Below, one piece after another: positions 15,062-26,814 of a DNA stretch of 64,000 nucleotides. The notes beneath the pieces were generated by a model. It saw nothing but the letters and a program-made list of their open reading frames with translations. It was not told where the DNA came from and did no database searches. The translations under genes and the position numbers were made by a program. This DNA comes from Antedon mediterranea (Eukaryota > Animalia > Echinodermata): contig NC_092670.1 of the NCBI RefSeq assembly GCF_964355755.1, positions 35,948,388-36,012,387 on the forward strand, read 5' to 3'. Numbering within the stretch: the stretch's first letter is position 1; the number at the start of each line of letters is the position of its first letter.

Positions 15062-16946
15062 TACCGATCACCTAGCTGGCCTCTCATTACCGATCACCTA
15101 GCTGGCTTCTCATTACCGATCACCTAGCTGGCCTCTCATTACCGATCACCTAGCTGGCCTCTCATTACCGATCACCTAGCTGGCCTCTCATTACCGATCA
15201 CCTAGCTGGCTTCTCATTACCGATCACCTAGCTGGCCTCTCATTACCGATCACCTAGCTGGCCTCTCATTACCGATCACCTAGCTGGCCTCTCATTACCG
15301 ATCACCTAGCTGGCCTCTCATTACCGATCACCTAGCTGGCCTCTCATTACCGATCACCTAGCTGGCCTCTCATTACCGATCACCTAGCTGGCCTCTCATT
15401 ACCGATCACCTAGCTGGCCTCTCATTACCGATCACCTAGCTGGCTTCTCATTACCGATCACCTAGCTGGCCTCTCATTACCGATCACCTAGCTGGCCTCT
15501 CATTACCGATCACCTAGCTGGCTTCTCATTACCGATCACCTAGCTGGCCTCTCATTACCGATCACCTAGCTGGCCTCTCATTACCGATCACCTAGCTGGC
15601 TTCTCATTACCGATCACCTAGCTGGCCTCTCATTACCGATCACCTAGCTGGCCTCTCATTACCGATCACCTAGCTGGCCTCTCATTACCGATCACCTAGC
15701 TGGCTTCTCATTACCACCGATCACCTAGCTGGCCTCTCATTACCACCGATCACCTAGCTGGCCTCTCATTACCGATCACCTAGCTGGCCTCTCATTACCG
15801 ATCACCTGGCTGGCTTCTCATTACCGATCACCTAGCTGGCTTCTCATTACCGATCACCTAGCTGGCCTCTCATTACCGATCACCTAGCTGGCCTCTCATT
15901 ACCGATCACCTAGCTGGCTTCTCATTACCGATCACCTAGCTGGCCTCTCATTACCGATCACCTAGCTGGCCTCTCATTACCGATCACCTAGCTGGCCTCT
16001 CATTACCGATCACCTAGCTGGCTTCTCATTACCACCGATCACCTAGCTGGCCTCTCATTACCACCGATCACCTAGCTGGCCTCTCATTACCGATCACCTA
16101 GCTGGCCTCTCATTACCGATCACCTAGCTGGCTTCTCATTACCGATCACCTAGCTGGCCTCTCATTACCGATCACCTAGCTGGCCTCTCATTACCGATCA
16201 CCTAGCTGGCCTCTCATTACCGATCACCTAGCTGGCCTCTCATTACCGATCACCTAGCTGGCTTCTCATTACCGATCACCTAGCTGGCCTCTCATTACCG
16301 ATCACCTAGCTGGCTTCTCATTACCGATCACCTAGCTGGCTTCTCATTACCGATCACCTAGCTGGCCTCTCATTACCGATCACCTAGCTGGCCTCTCATT
16401 ACCGATCACCTAGCTGGCCTCTCATTACCGATCACCTAGCTGGCCTCTCATTACCGATCACCTAGCTGGCTTCTCATTACCGATCACCTAGCTGGCCTCT
16501 CATTACCGATCACCTAGCTGGCTTCTCATTACCGATCACCTAGCTGGCCTCTCATTACCGATCACCTAGCTGGCTTCTCATTACCGATCACCTAGCTGGC
16601 CTCTCATTACCGATCACCTAGCTGGCCTCTCATTACCGATCACCTAGCTGGCCTCTCATTACCGATCACCTAGCTGGCCTCTCATTACCGATCACCTAGC
16701 TGGCTTCTCATTACCGATCACCTAGCTGGCCTCTCATTACCGATCACCTAGCTGGCCTCTCATTACCGATCACCTAGCTGGCCTCTCATTACCGATCACC
16801 TAGCTGGCCTCTCATTACCGATCACCTAGCTGGCCTCTCATTACCGATCACCTAGCTTGCTTCTCATTACCGATCACCTAGCTGGCCTCTCATTACCGAT
16901 CACCTAGCTGGCTTCTCATTACCGATCACCTAGCTGGCCTCTCATT
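15062..16946. repeat. 26-bp satellite (about 72 near-identical copies) in intron 1 of GH3 copy 3
   Basis: Unit accgatcacctagctggc(c/t)tctcatt, head-to-tail, no spacers. Confidence 0.97.
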
Positions 16947-19408
16947 TTTTTTTGGTTAGGTGTACTATGAACCTTATAGTCTATTGCACTGCATTTTTTT
17001 GTATGAAAATACTGGAAAAATCCCCAAAATAAAACGGGTTTTAGACTATTGCATCGATTCAGTATGTTAGGCAAAAGATCTTTAGGCAAACTTAATCATA
17101 ATAAAGGTAGGCCTACTAAAGACTTTTAGTCAAAAACCATCATGCAACATTTATATTCTGATTCAAGTAAACCATATTGGTAATTAGGCCTAACACTTAA
17201 GTTTTTTTGGAAAAGTAATAAGACCAAATCAACATGAATCACGGAAGTTAAAAAGGAAATTTAAATTTATATAGACACAATCTGAAACCATTCTGCCTAT
17301 AACAAAGTAAAATGGCATAAAATAGTGGAAAGCGTCATGTTGCAAAACGAGAGACGTAACTACTGATGTAGGCTTAGACGCCCATCTGGAAATCTAAAAA
17401 TATCAACCATACCTTCTAGTACACGCAACACGGGTGATTCGATAGTTCGTAGGCCTAAGTTCAGAGCTACTCCAATGAAGCGGTATACACAACCTAATAG
17501 AACCAAACTACCAAGAGTACCAAGAAGAATTCTTAAGCCCCTCATTTTGTGTAATGACTAGACATTCAACGTAGTGGATCGAAATGGAATAACCCTCAAG
17601 TTCTTATTAATGTTGGGCAACATACATAGGCAAATATTTACACAACGATTGAAATCTAACATTAGATTCGATCACACCACCATGTATGAGCAACATGATA
17701 CCGTTCATATTAATCATTATTTTATCATTAATGCGATATCGCTTTATTACAAATAATATCTTCTTTTATTTTCATAAAGTCTGAACAGTTAAAAGTAAAG
17801 TATGAAGTATCATATCCAGTATTATTTTCATTTGTTAGCTTACAGATATTTCAAAGTTAAGGGATAGTGTGTAACAAAATCAATGGCCGTAAATAGTTCC
17901 GAATTTTATTCTAGGAAAAATTTGTTTTTATATCTTAATAAGTATCTTTTATCAAAGTGCGCTTTTATTATACTTAGCCTACTCTTCCCATGCGAAATAA
18001 CAACATAATTAAGGCAGAGAAAGACCGTGCGGAACACATTTTATTTAATGATAATAAAACTGTAGCTTATTTGTAATTATTTTATTATTTTGTCAATGAG
18101 GGTGACTAAAAACGGCACAAAGCTGACGATACAGAAATGAGAAAAAAAGATAAAAAAGGCCTATAATGATATTTATTTAAACATAGAGTATATAAACATA
18201 AACTTATCATTACAAAATATAATTGAATTTGAAACATTATGGAGCGCATTTTGAAACCCTTTTTTTGTGACATTATCTGTTCATATTTGATTGTGTGGTC
18301 AGATCATCCTTAGTGTGTTCGCATCACAATTTTTCAGACAATATGTTATGATGCAGTATTTCGGATTTAAAGGGGTAGTGAAATAAATAAGGATGGTGCA
18401 TGCATTATATAGAAAACTGTCCCTCAATTTCTGTTTGAGTTCTCTCCAATTAGACATTTTAATCAGTTTACAGGCTATCAGTCCCAGAATACAAGTATTA
18501 TAAGTTACAATACATCTGGAAAGTGATACTATTGTGTTTTTGTCTGTGGATATTTGAGATATGGTGTGGAAGGTATCGATCTCTTCTATTGGTCTATAAA
18601 CGGCATATTAAACAAAATAAATGATAGATATTTTCAATATCTCCACTATTGCATATTTTGCATGACACGTTCCTTACGAGGACCTTGCGCCATTTTCTTT
18701 TTTCAAGATGGTGACAGCGACAAGGAAATAGTAACCCGTTCGACCACCACGAGTGCAATACGTTATTTGGGGGTCCTGGTAAGATAACAGATTAGAGGTC
18801 GACATTTACACTACAGTACACTATTTGACTGTTAGTGCATTTTCCGTCAGAGAATAAACGAAAGCTAAATTAAAATAAAATTTTAAATAGTGACACTAGC
18901 ATAGTCTCAAATTATGGATCTAGCAAAGTAATATGATGTTCTTATAGCCAAACACAGTCTTAGTTTAGAAAGTATTGTATTTAGTACTTTTGTAGTTTAT
19001 TTTTGTGCAAATAGCTATATACTAGCTACAGATCATGTTTATTGATTTTCAGGAAAATCGATTAATTGGTGACGTCACAAATGTTTATTAAAATCTAGAG
19101 TTATCAGTTATTCAATATGGATCAAAATGTTAGATAGAACGCCCTCTGTTGTTCTCTGCATTTTTCCATTCTCAACGCCTAATGCTGTATAAAATTTATT
19201 TCTGTCGTTTTACGGGATAACACTTTCAGTATCACATTACTGATGTTATGTGTGTGGATATAGTCACACATAAATATATAGAAAACTTAATAAAGGTACA
19301 AAACATTCTAAAACACCAAAATATTTAAAAATCAAAAAGGTCCAGTATAGGTTAAATAAAATAGGAGAAAACTAACATTTTGTACAAAATGCTTTTTAAC
19401 TAGGTCCT

Positions 19409-22400
19409 TCAGTCTGATGCCTGACCTAAAATAAACGCGACGGTGCCTTCTGTTTTCAGTTTTCGTGGTTGTTTAAACTGATTGAAAGTAGCTGTAGAAT
19501 TGTCAACGATGTAATTCTTCAGTCTTGCAAATCCACCTGGTTTGACAAAGACGACGTCTGCCGTACCGATCCCATTTTGGGAACGCCACATTTTGTACAA
19601 GGCCCCGTGCTCACAAAGTTCAGCATCCAGCTAAAGAGAAAAGACAATTAAATATTATCACTTAATTTATAAAGTCATAATGGTCACATACAAAGCATAT
19701 ACTGTAATATGTATATTTTTTATAATATAATTATACTATGTTGTAGCTACTGTCAATATCAGTGTAAACAGACGTTTATTTAAATATTGCATAATTCATC
19801 CATTTTCGATCAAATGTATTCATCTGCGAGTTCTATCCTTAGAAACGATATATTATTTTATTTTTTTGCCACTGTATTTTATCGTTTTCCTCTTCACTCA
19901 TGTATTTCTTTGAGTTGTACTTGTGCAAACACCAATCGACTTACTAGTGTACTTATATGTTCTCCGATGTCACCTTTATTTCCTTCAACTTCCACGAACA
20001 CCACATAGTAATGTGGACCTTGCCGCTTGGCAGAATCTACAGCGTATGAAAACAATATTAGGTTAGTTGATCGATTGGTTGATCGCTACCAATTTATTTT
20101 ATTGATCGATTGATACATTATTTTGATCGATTTGATCATGAATTGATATCTTTATTTTTGCTAGATTTTTATATTGATTCTTTGACTTATAGGCTGATTG
20201 ATTTGTAATTGATTATTGGTATAATCAAGTCGTAATTTGATAACTGATCAATATGCTTTAATTATCAATTGATAGTGATTGGCTAATCTCTGATATTGAT
20301 TGATCGCTTCACGTTTTGACTAATTATTTTGATAGATTTATTGATTTTCCAAGTGATTGGAACTTATTGATATCTTTATTGACTCATGTGTACTAATTGA
20401 ATAATTATTGATTTATTGATTGACCAATCGGCTTGTATATATTAATGATTGATTAATGATTATTGATTGTTGGGATGGCTGATTTACTATATGTATTGAT
20501 TTACATAACATGTACCTGGCATCAGTAGGCTTTCAGCACAAGCATATTCAATAAGTGTAATCCCTGAAAACTGTTTGAATGTGTTCTCCAGAGCCTTACG
20601 CATGCAAACCTCATCAACTTTCTCTCCACGAAGGTTCATCAGTTGGCCGTATCTTAAAGGAGAGAAAAGCAAATGACACGATATTTTTGTTAATGGTTCA
20701 TTTATTAATTTTAAACTATCTCTAAAGCAATATTTTAAATGTCGGAGAGAAACTTTTTAAATCATTTTTTTTTTATCTTGTGAAATGTCTATGTTATTAT
20801 AGTATATATTCTTGTTATTTGTAATTTTGTTGTTGGAGAGACACACCTTACCGGTGACAGCGTTTTGTTTAATGCTTTTGTCTCTCCTCGGCTTCGTGTC
20901 TTGTACTTCATATATATATATATATATATATTTCTATGATTTGTAATTATTATTTCATGTTTATTGCCGAAATGAATAAAAAAATAAGTGACATCTATGA
21001 TGTTTTTAAAAAAAACGATAACCGCTTTCCTTTTAAAATTACACTTTCGCTTTAATCTCAAGTGTGCACACTTTTGCTAGCCTATATAAACTAGTTAATT
21101 TGTTATTGCTTGAAATATATCGTACCTGTACTGAAATTCAACGACCGGGGCTTCATTGTAAAAGTCGACGACTTTAATGACGTCACCAAATCGAAATCTA
21201 TATAACCCGCATGTCCAGTTACTGACTACAAGTTCATAAGTCTGTCCAACTTTGACCTGGTCTCCAAAAAATGCGTTCGCATTACTTTTTTCGCTGAATA
21301 AAAAATTTGATAGAAAAATTTAGCGTATTTAGTTAGCCGAGATAAATTGTTACACACCGTTTGTGGAACGTACGAATAAACATTAATGTAAGCCTACGCC
21401 ATATCTTGATTTGGTTTAAACTATTGCCCACTTAGAAAGTTTCTGGCCCAATAAAAACATGCAATTATGACAGCTTACCTTTCCTCAATTGGAATAAACT
21501 CAAACAAAAGTGAATCTGGAACCAAAGTATAACGATGAGGTGGCGGTCTAAGAATGGTTAGATTAACACCGTAGAATCCTTCAGTCCCTACATACCGCTC
21601 GGACGCAAATGTTACGCCTGCAAAAATAAAACAATTATAACCTCGTAATTAATAAATTATAACATAGAGATATTATAGTGTTCACTAAAACTATACGTTT
21701 AAGCCTGAACGTGCCCAATGGTTACCAGTCGGATCGATTTCACAGAGATAGGCCTGCAGATCAAAACATTAGAAGCCGAAAATGACGTAGACCTATGGTA
21801 AATGATTCCACAAAAAGGAACGCTAGACTCTTATGATAACATTGTCAGCCTAGTTCCCCGTCCTATTACAGAATTTTCTAATAAGAAAAGTCGTGGAAAG
21901 TTGAACTGTATAAAAACCTATACATCAAACATCAATACCTTTCATATATGTATTGCCAATCCGCTCGGCACATCTGTTAAGATCTGTTCCAAACCAAATA
22001 CGTAGTTTAGGCCATATGCGTTTGCCTATTCCGTCGAAGCCTTTCTCAAATTCTCTTCTTAAGAACTGCACTCTATCCGGATTACATTTACCTTTTAACT
22101 TCTCTTCTAGATCTGCACGGACTTCTACAGGAATATTCAACTTTGACCATAATGAACCTCTTTCGATGTCCGTTAGCATCTGTTCCCAGTGTGTTTCAAG
22201 TATTTTAAAAGCAGTTATTAGTAGCGGTGTGAACAGCACAGTCATCGATTTTAAAAATCTATCACGAATACCAAATAACAAATGAACATAACACGCTTCA
22301 AACTCATTTGAAATTTCAAAACCTGAAATTGGTGTAGAATAGATGAGTAAATACTTCTTATGGGATGGAGAAATGGTTGACCCAGCCTGTACAGAGATAC

Positions 22401-23613
22401 CGCTTTCAGATGGTAGGCTCTTTGGACGCACGTGAAAATTAAGAGTGCGTTGAAATGGGCTGCCAGGGCTGAGCGTTTTCTTGGAAATACTTGGTGCAAG
22501 AAAAATGATAGGCTTCCCGAAACCCCAAACAGTTTGATTTGTGTACGGTATTTTCTTCCCTTTTCCCGTAGTTCCTGATGTCAGTGCCAGTCTAACAACG
22601 TCATCCTTTGTCATAACGTGTGTTTCTCCGGCGCAGATGCGATCAACGTATTTCTCATAGTGACTATAGGTGGTCAACGGATGCCTAGTTTTGAATTCCT
22701 CAAGACTGTGAATATCACCAAGATGAAACTCGTTGCCATATACGGTAGTTTGATTATAGCGTAGTCCGTGCAGGATATACTTTTCTTGTGTCTGCATGAA
22801 TTTCTTTGTCTGATTTTTAAATGACTTAATCGTGAAAAAAGAGACAATCTTTGTTATCAGGCTCAGCTGGTAGATGAGATATACAGACGATGCATCTAGA
22901 TGGTCAGACCATGTCAGTGACGAAATGTGGACAAAAACCAAGCCTAAGACCGTACAAAGCAGTAGTACGATTCCTGCAATTAGGAACATAGATGTAAATT
23001 AAAGTAATATAATATTATAATAAATAATAAAGAATGGTTCTCAAAGGCATATTATGCCTGTTTAGTTAGGCCTGATATAAGTACAGGTAGTAGGTATATT
23101 CTTAGAAGTTGTAACTTGACCTAAGTATAGAGACCTAATCCTCCATTTCCACTATAACAATTCATTCAGGAATAATGTCGTTTATTGCACTTATTTTCCT
23201 GATTTCAACCTGCTTGTAATGTCTCAGTACCATGGGTAACTGGAAAACCAGCTTTGCTCGTATGGTCACCCACACCAATATAGGTAATTTCACATTCACA
23301 TTTCCTTTCATATTATTATTTTGAAATGGTGAATACATTGATACAGTCAGATACAGCCTAATACTACTACTGTATTGTACAACTGAACTGGGTATTAACA
23401 GATTTACATAATAATGAAGTTCCTGTTCCTAAACAATGATATTATACTCCACTCGCCTTCAAAAAACAGCAATAGTGACGACCCGTCCTCTAAATCGTAC
23501 CACCACAACACAACAAAACCAGTCCACGATCTTAAAATACGATGTAAACTGCAGGCGGTAATAATACTACCTATTACACCCAAACATACCCTGGCTTGAT
23601 ACGTCGTCGTCAT
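19409..23613 (-). CDS. GHDC: GH3 domain-containing protein, copy 4 (intact, 7 exons, GC-AG first intron)
   Basis: Exons 23613-23457, 22973-21939, 21617-21479, 21293-21126, 20652-20516, 20036-19945, 19630-19409. Motifs TSGTTG, YVGTEG, GLYRFRFGD, QFKQPR. Confidence 0.88.
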
Positions 23614-24539
23614 TTCGTCGTGTGAAACAGCACTTCGTTTTTATTGATAATTTGACCTACAAAGACATGAGTAATATTTTGATAGCTGTGTGCTTTTTTA
23701 TAATTAAAACAACTTAAATAGAATTGTATTTAGGGCACGAGTCGATGAGGGCGAGCTTGAGCAACGAGATTATATTATGAAGAATGAAATCGTTTCAAGC
23801 GTTATTTCATTATTATTATTTTTTAATAGGCCTGAGTTCGACTCTTAGTTGTTGCCAGATTCAGTTGGTGGTAGTACCTACTACAGTGGATCATTTTGAT
23901 AGCTCGAAAGTAAAAATCTGAAGTTGAATAAAATACCAACAACGTAAAATAAATGTTGTATTACCAATATGATTACCGTTTTATTTTTCATAGTTATTTT
24001 ATGTCTCTCTACGTTTTGTGTACAAAAGATTATCGATTTTACTAGGTAATTTTTAACTATTCATCCACTGTCATGAAAGTGCTTAATACAAAAAATCATG
24101 TAACAACACAAAGAAAATATGATAGATCTTAGATAATTATTGGAATATCGATCAATATAAATGTGTTTGTCTGTACATGACCTTCAAAGCCAAGTATAAG
24201 GGGTATGATACTAGACATTAGGGCCTTCCTGTGAAACACGTGATTTGTCTATGACACTGGAGAAATCTAGATACCAGAATCGGATGAATCACACCGTCAC
24301 TCGTTTTTCATATCATTATTTCTTTAATTATGATATCAACCATGATTGTATAGGCCTATCTTAATGTTTTATTTCTATATATTATACAGTCCATGCATAC
24401 GTCGTACTATGGTGGTCATATAATTGTAGACGGCCTATTCTTTAAGATATTAAGAGATGTCTTATTAAATATTAGACGTTATTTAATAGGGCCTACATAC
24501 ATTAATATAATAATTACGTTTTCCTCAAATCAACCAATG

Positions 24540-24835
24540 GCTTTTAATTTAACCAAAGAAAACATCTGCATAATTATTAAGTAGTTACTGTATAGTTAGG
24601 AAGAATTCCCTTGTATAGTAATACAATACATTACCGGGCCTAGGCATTGAGCTATCATTATTTTTAACCAAAGAAAATATTATCTGCATAATTATTAAGT
24701 AGTTATAGTTCGGAAGAAATCCGTTGTCTAGTATTTCAATAAGTTACCGGGCCTAGACATTGACATATCATAATCAAAGAACATACTGTATCTGCATAGA
24801 GTCTATATTAAGTAGGATAGTTAGGAAGAATTCCC
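24540..24835. repeat. About three diverged ~120-bp tandem units downstream of DGLUCY
   Basis: aaagaa...atctgcata...attaagtag...tagttaggaagaattcc recurs near 24555, 24670 and 24775. Confidence 0.7.
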
Positions 24836-24880
24836 GCGTACAATATTTTTTTACATTGTACTACTACATAGGTCTAGATT

Positions 24881-26701
24881 TCAGAATATTGCTATAATAT
24901 CTTGGACCATTTTACTGTGAACACCTTCAAAAGGTAACCCATCCACACTCAGTGATCTTTTACCCAGAATACCATCATATATTCCCATATCTAAAAGAAC
25001 CTCTAGAGTCCGCTTCTCATTCTCAACCGTTGGTAGATGCATAACTATATCATGTTTTTGTCGCGGGAATCCGCTTGATCTCCTTACGTATCGATCGTGA
25101 ATGGGGCACAAATTCAACAAGGCTACAGCTGCAGAAAGACCGTATCCTCCCCAGTTTGAAACACCGGTAGCCACCAAATAATCAGTACTCGTAACACAAG
25201 CAATCTTTTCCCCGAGCGGAATGTGTTTGTGTACTTTCTCAAACACCTTGCCCATGCCGAGTTCATTTCCGCCATCGCCTACACCGGTGGTTGATACGCC
25301 CGGTATTGATTTAGCAGCTTCGAATAACAAGTCAATGTTGACTAGATGTTTGGAGATATCTCGTCCTTTCATGGTGTAGAAACCGCCATCGGCAGCTATA
25401 CCTGATCGCTCTATAGCAACGAGGTGGTCAAATCTTGGGCCTTCACTGCCAGTCAGAAATTCAGAAGCTTTAGACTTATCAATATCTGATGGACAGGTTA
25501 CAACCGGGATTGGTTTGGTCAAAATTCCTTTCTCTAACAAGGAGTTTACGAACGAATTCATGACTGAATCAAAAGTACCGTCATCGGCTATAAAAGAAAC
25601 TTCCTTTCCTAATGACTGCAGCATTACTGCTAAAGTAACAGCCCCTGAAAGACCATCGTTTTCATAAAGACTTGGAGTATCCACCATACACGGAAACCCA
25701 GTGACGATGGCTACTGAAGAGGCGTGTGAAAGAGATAATGCTGATTTTAGAAGATCATTTTCCACAATGAGATTGCCAATTCCACGATCACCGGGATCTG
25801 TCGCTATTAGTTTCTCCAACTTTGAGATCGTCTTTACTGTTAAATCTGAAGCCACACTAGCAGAGTATGGGTTACTCGTTAAATCTATAACACGGCTATC
25901 ATCCGGATTTGTATCAGTACCATCATCTAGCGGAGTATCGCACAAATACATAGAACCTGGATTATGTGTAAACGCCATGTCAGGTTTCAATGCCTTGACG
26001 GCCTCTAGGCCTGTTACACCGCAAGCCCAAAACACCGGCACATCATTCTCTTTGAACGGCAATACAGCTCCGAAATCCGGCTTTGATATATCATTAATGC
26101 CAATAAGAGCGGGATTTCCAATGTGTATTGGAGCCCCGTGAGCTTTTTCAAGCGGACTGGTGATCCTGAATGCTGTTTCTACCAAGTTTTTAGGTATTGG
26201 ACGAAGAGAAACGACTAAATTACACGCAAAAGGCCCAACTGGATAACACGGTATATTGGTGACGTACATACTGACGTTCGTGTTTTGTTCCACGTTTCTG
26301 AGTGGCACTCCAGCATCAAGAAGGCGTTGATCAAACGTGAAGCTACATCCCAGATACGACGTACAGAAATCACTAAATGCATACTTCATCAAATCACCAA
26401 CTACGTCTACCTTTTTCCCATTCTCCCACACGCAGTACGCAGGAATATCAGTTCTAATGTTAGAGTCTGATTTAGAAAGAGCAGGCGCATCACACTGCCC
26501 AGGTTTCGATTGAAATAGCAACGGAAAAGCACCTGTGTTTGCCTGGCAAAACTTTTCGAAATCAACCGCGTATTTGCTAGGTAGAATCGTCAGATTGGCT
26601 TGGTAGTAGCCTTGGCATACACCAGACGTCTGGAGTTTAAAATGGTTTCCTGTTCTGATTGCTAGCCTTGCTACTCCAGGTAAAGTATTTGCAGATATCA
26701 T
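24881..26701 (-). CDS. DGLUCY: D-glutamate cyclase (DUF1445 + DUF4392), single coding exon, 606 aa
   Basis: Uninterrupted ORF with QANLTILP, GCSFTFD, HGAPIHIG, PVFWACGVT (N-domain) and ENDGLSGA, GDGGNELGMG, GVSNWGGYGL (C-domain), the architecture of animal DGLUCY/C14orf159. Confidence 0.92.
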   Translation of the reverse strand: MISANTLPGVARLAIRTGNHFKLQTSGVCQGYYQANLTILPSKYAVDFEKFCQANTGAFPLLFQSKPGQCDAPALSKSDSNIRTDIPAYCVWENGKKVDVVGDLMKYAFSDFCTSYLGCSFTFDQRLLDAGVPLRNVEQNTNVSMYVTNIPCYPVGPFACNLVVSLRPIPKNLVETAFRITSPLEKAHGAPIHIGNPALIGINDISKPDFGAVLPFKENDVPVFWACGVTGLEAVKALKPDMAFTHNPGSMYLCDTPLDDGTDTNPDDSRVIDLTSNPYSASVASDLTVKTISKLEKLIATDPGDRGIGNLIVENDLLKSALSLSHASSVAIVTGFPCMVDTPSLYENDGLSGAVTLAVMLQSLGKEVSFIADDGTFDSVMNSFVNSLLEKGILTKPIPVVTCPSDIDKSKASEFLTGSEGPRFDHLVAIERSGIAADGGFYTMKGRDISKHLVNIDLLFEAAKSIPGVSTTGVGDGGNELGMGKVFEKVHKHIPLGEKIACVTSTDYLVATGVSNWGGYGLSAAVALLNLCPIHDRYVRRSSGFPRQKHDIVMHLPTVENEKRTLEVLLDMGIYDGILGKRSLSVDGLPFEGVHSKMVQDIIAIF

Positions 26702-26814
26702 ATTAATTTATATTCTATTAATACTTGTTTTAAATTCGAAGGAAATAAACTTTTATTAATCTTAAAGTTTTATGTTTATATGTTAACATAGATTTCGTCT
26801 CTTACAGAGTTTTA

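Larger units (their letters stand above)
10189..17545 (-). pseudogene. GHDC: GH3 domain-containing protein, copy 3, frameshifted pseudogene
   Basis: Exons 17545-17413, 14393-13357, 12856-12718, 12574-12408, 11901-11765, 10888-10791, 10413-10189. One-base deletion at ~13839 (exon 2 is 1037 bp, paralogs are multiples of 3) and at ~12495 (exon 4 is 167 vs 168 bp). GLYR has become GICR. Confidence 0.85.

Noticed and set aside
15062-16946. CRISPR-like array
   Set aside because: Units are head-to-tail with no unique spacers, no cas genes are present, and it lies in a eukaryotic intron.
9-23613. Recent horizontal transfer of plant or bacterial GH3 genes
   Set aside because: Shared spliceosomal introns and a hydrophobic N-terminus fit native animal GHDC; nothing in the sequence requires transfer.
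25701-26141. 146-aa plus-strand ORF
   Set aside because: Antisense shadow of DGLUCY with no motifs of its own.
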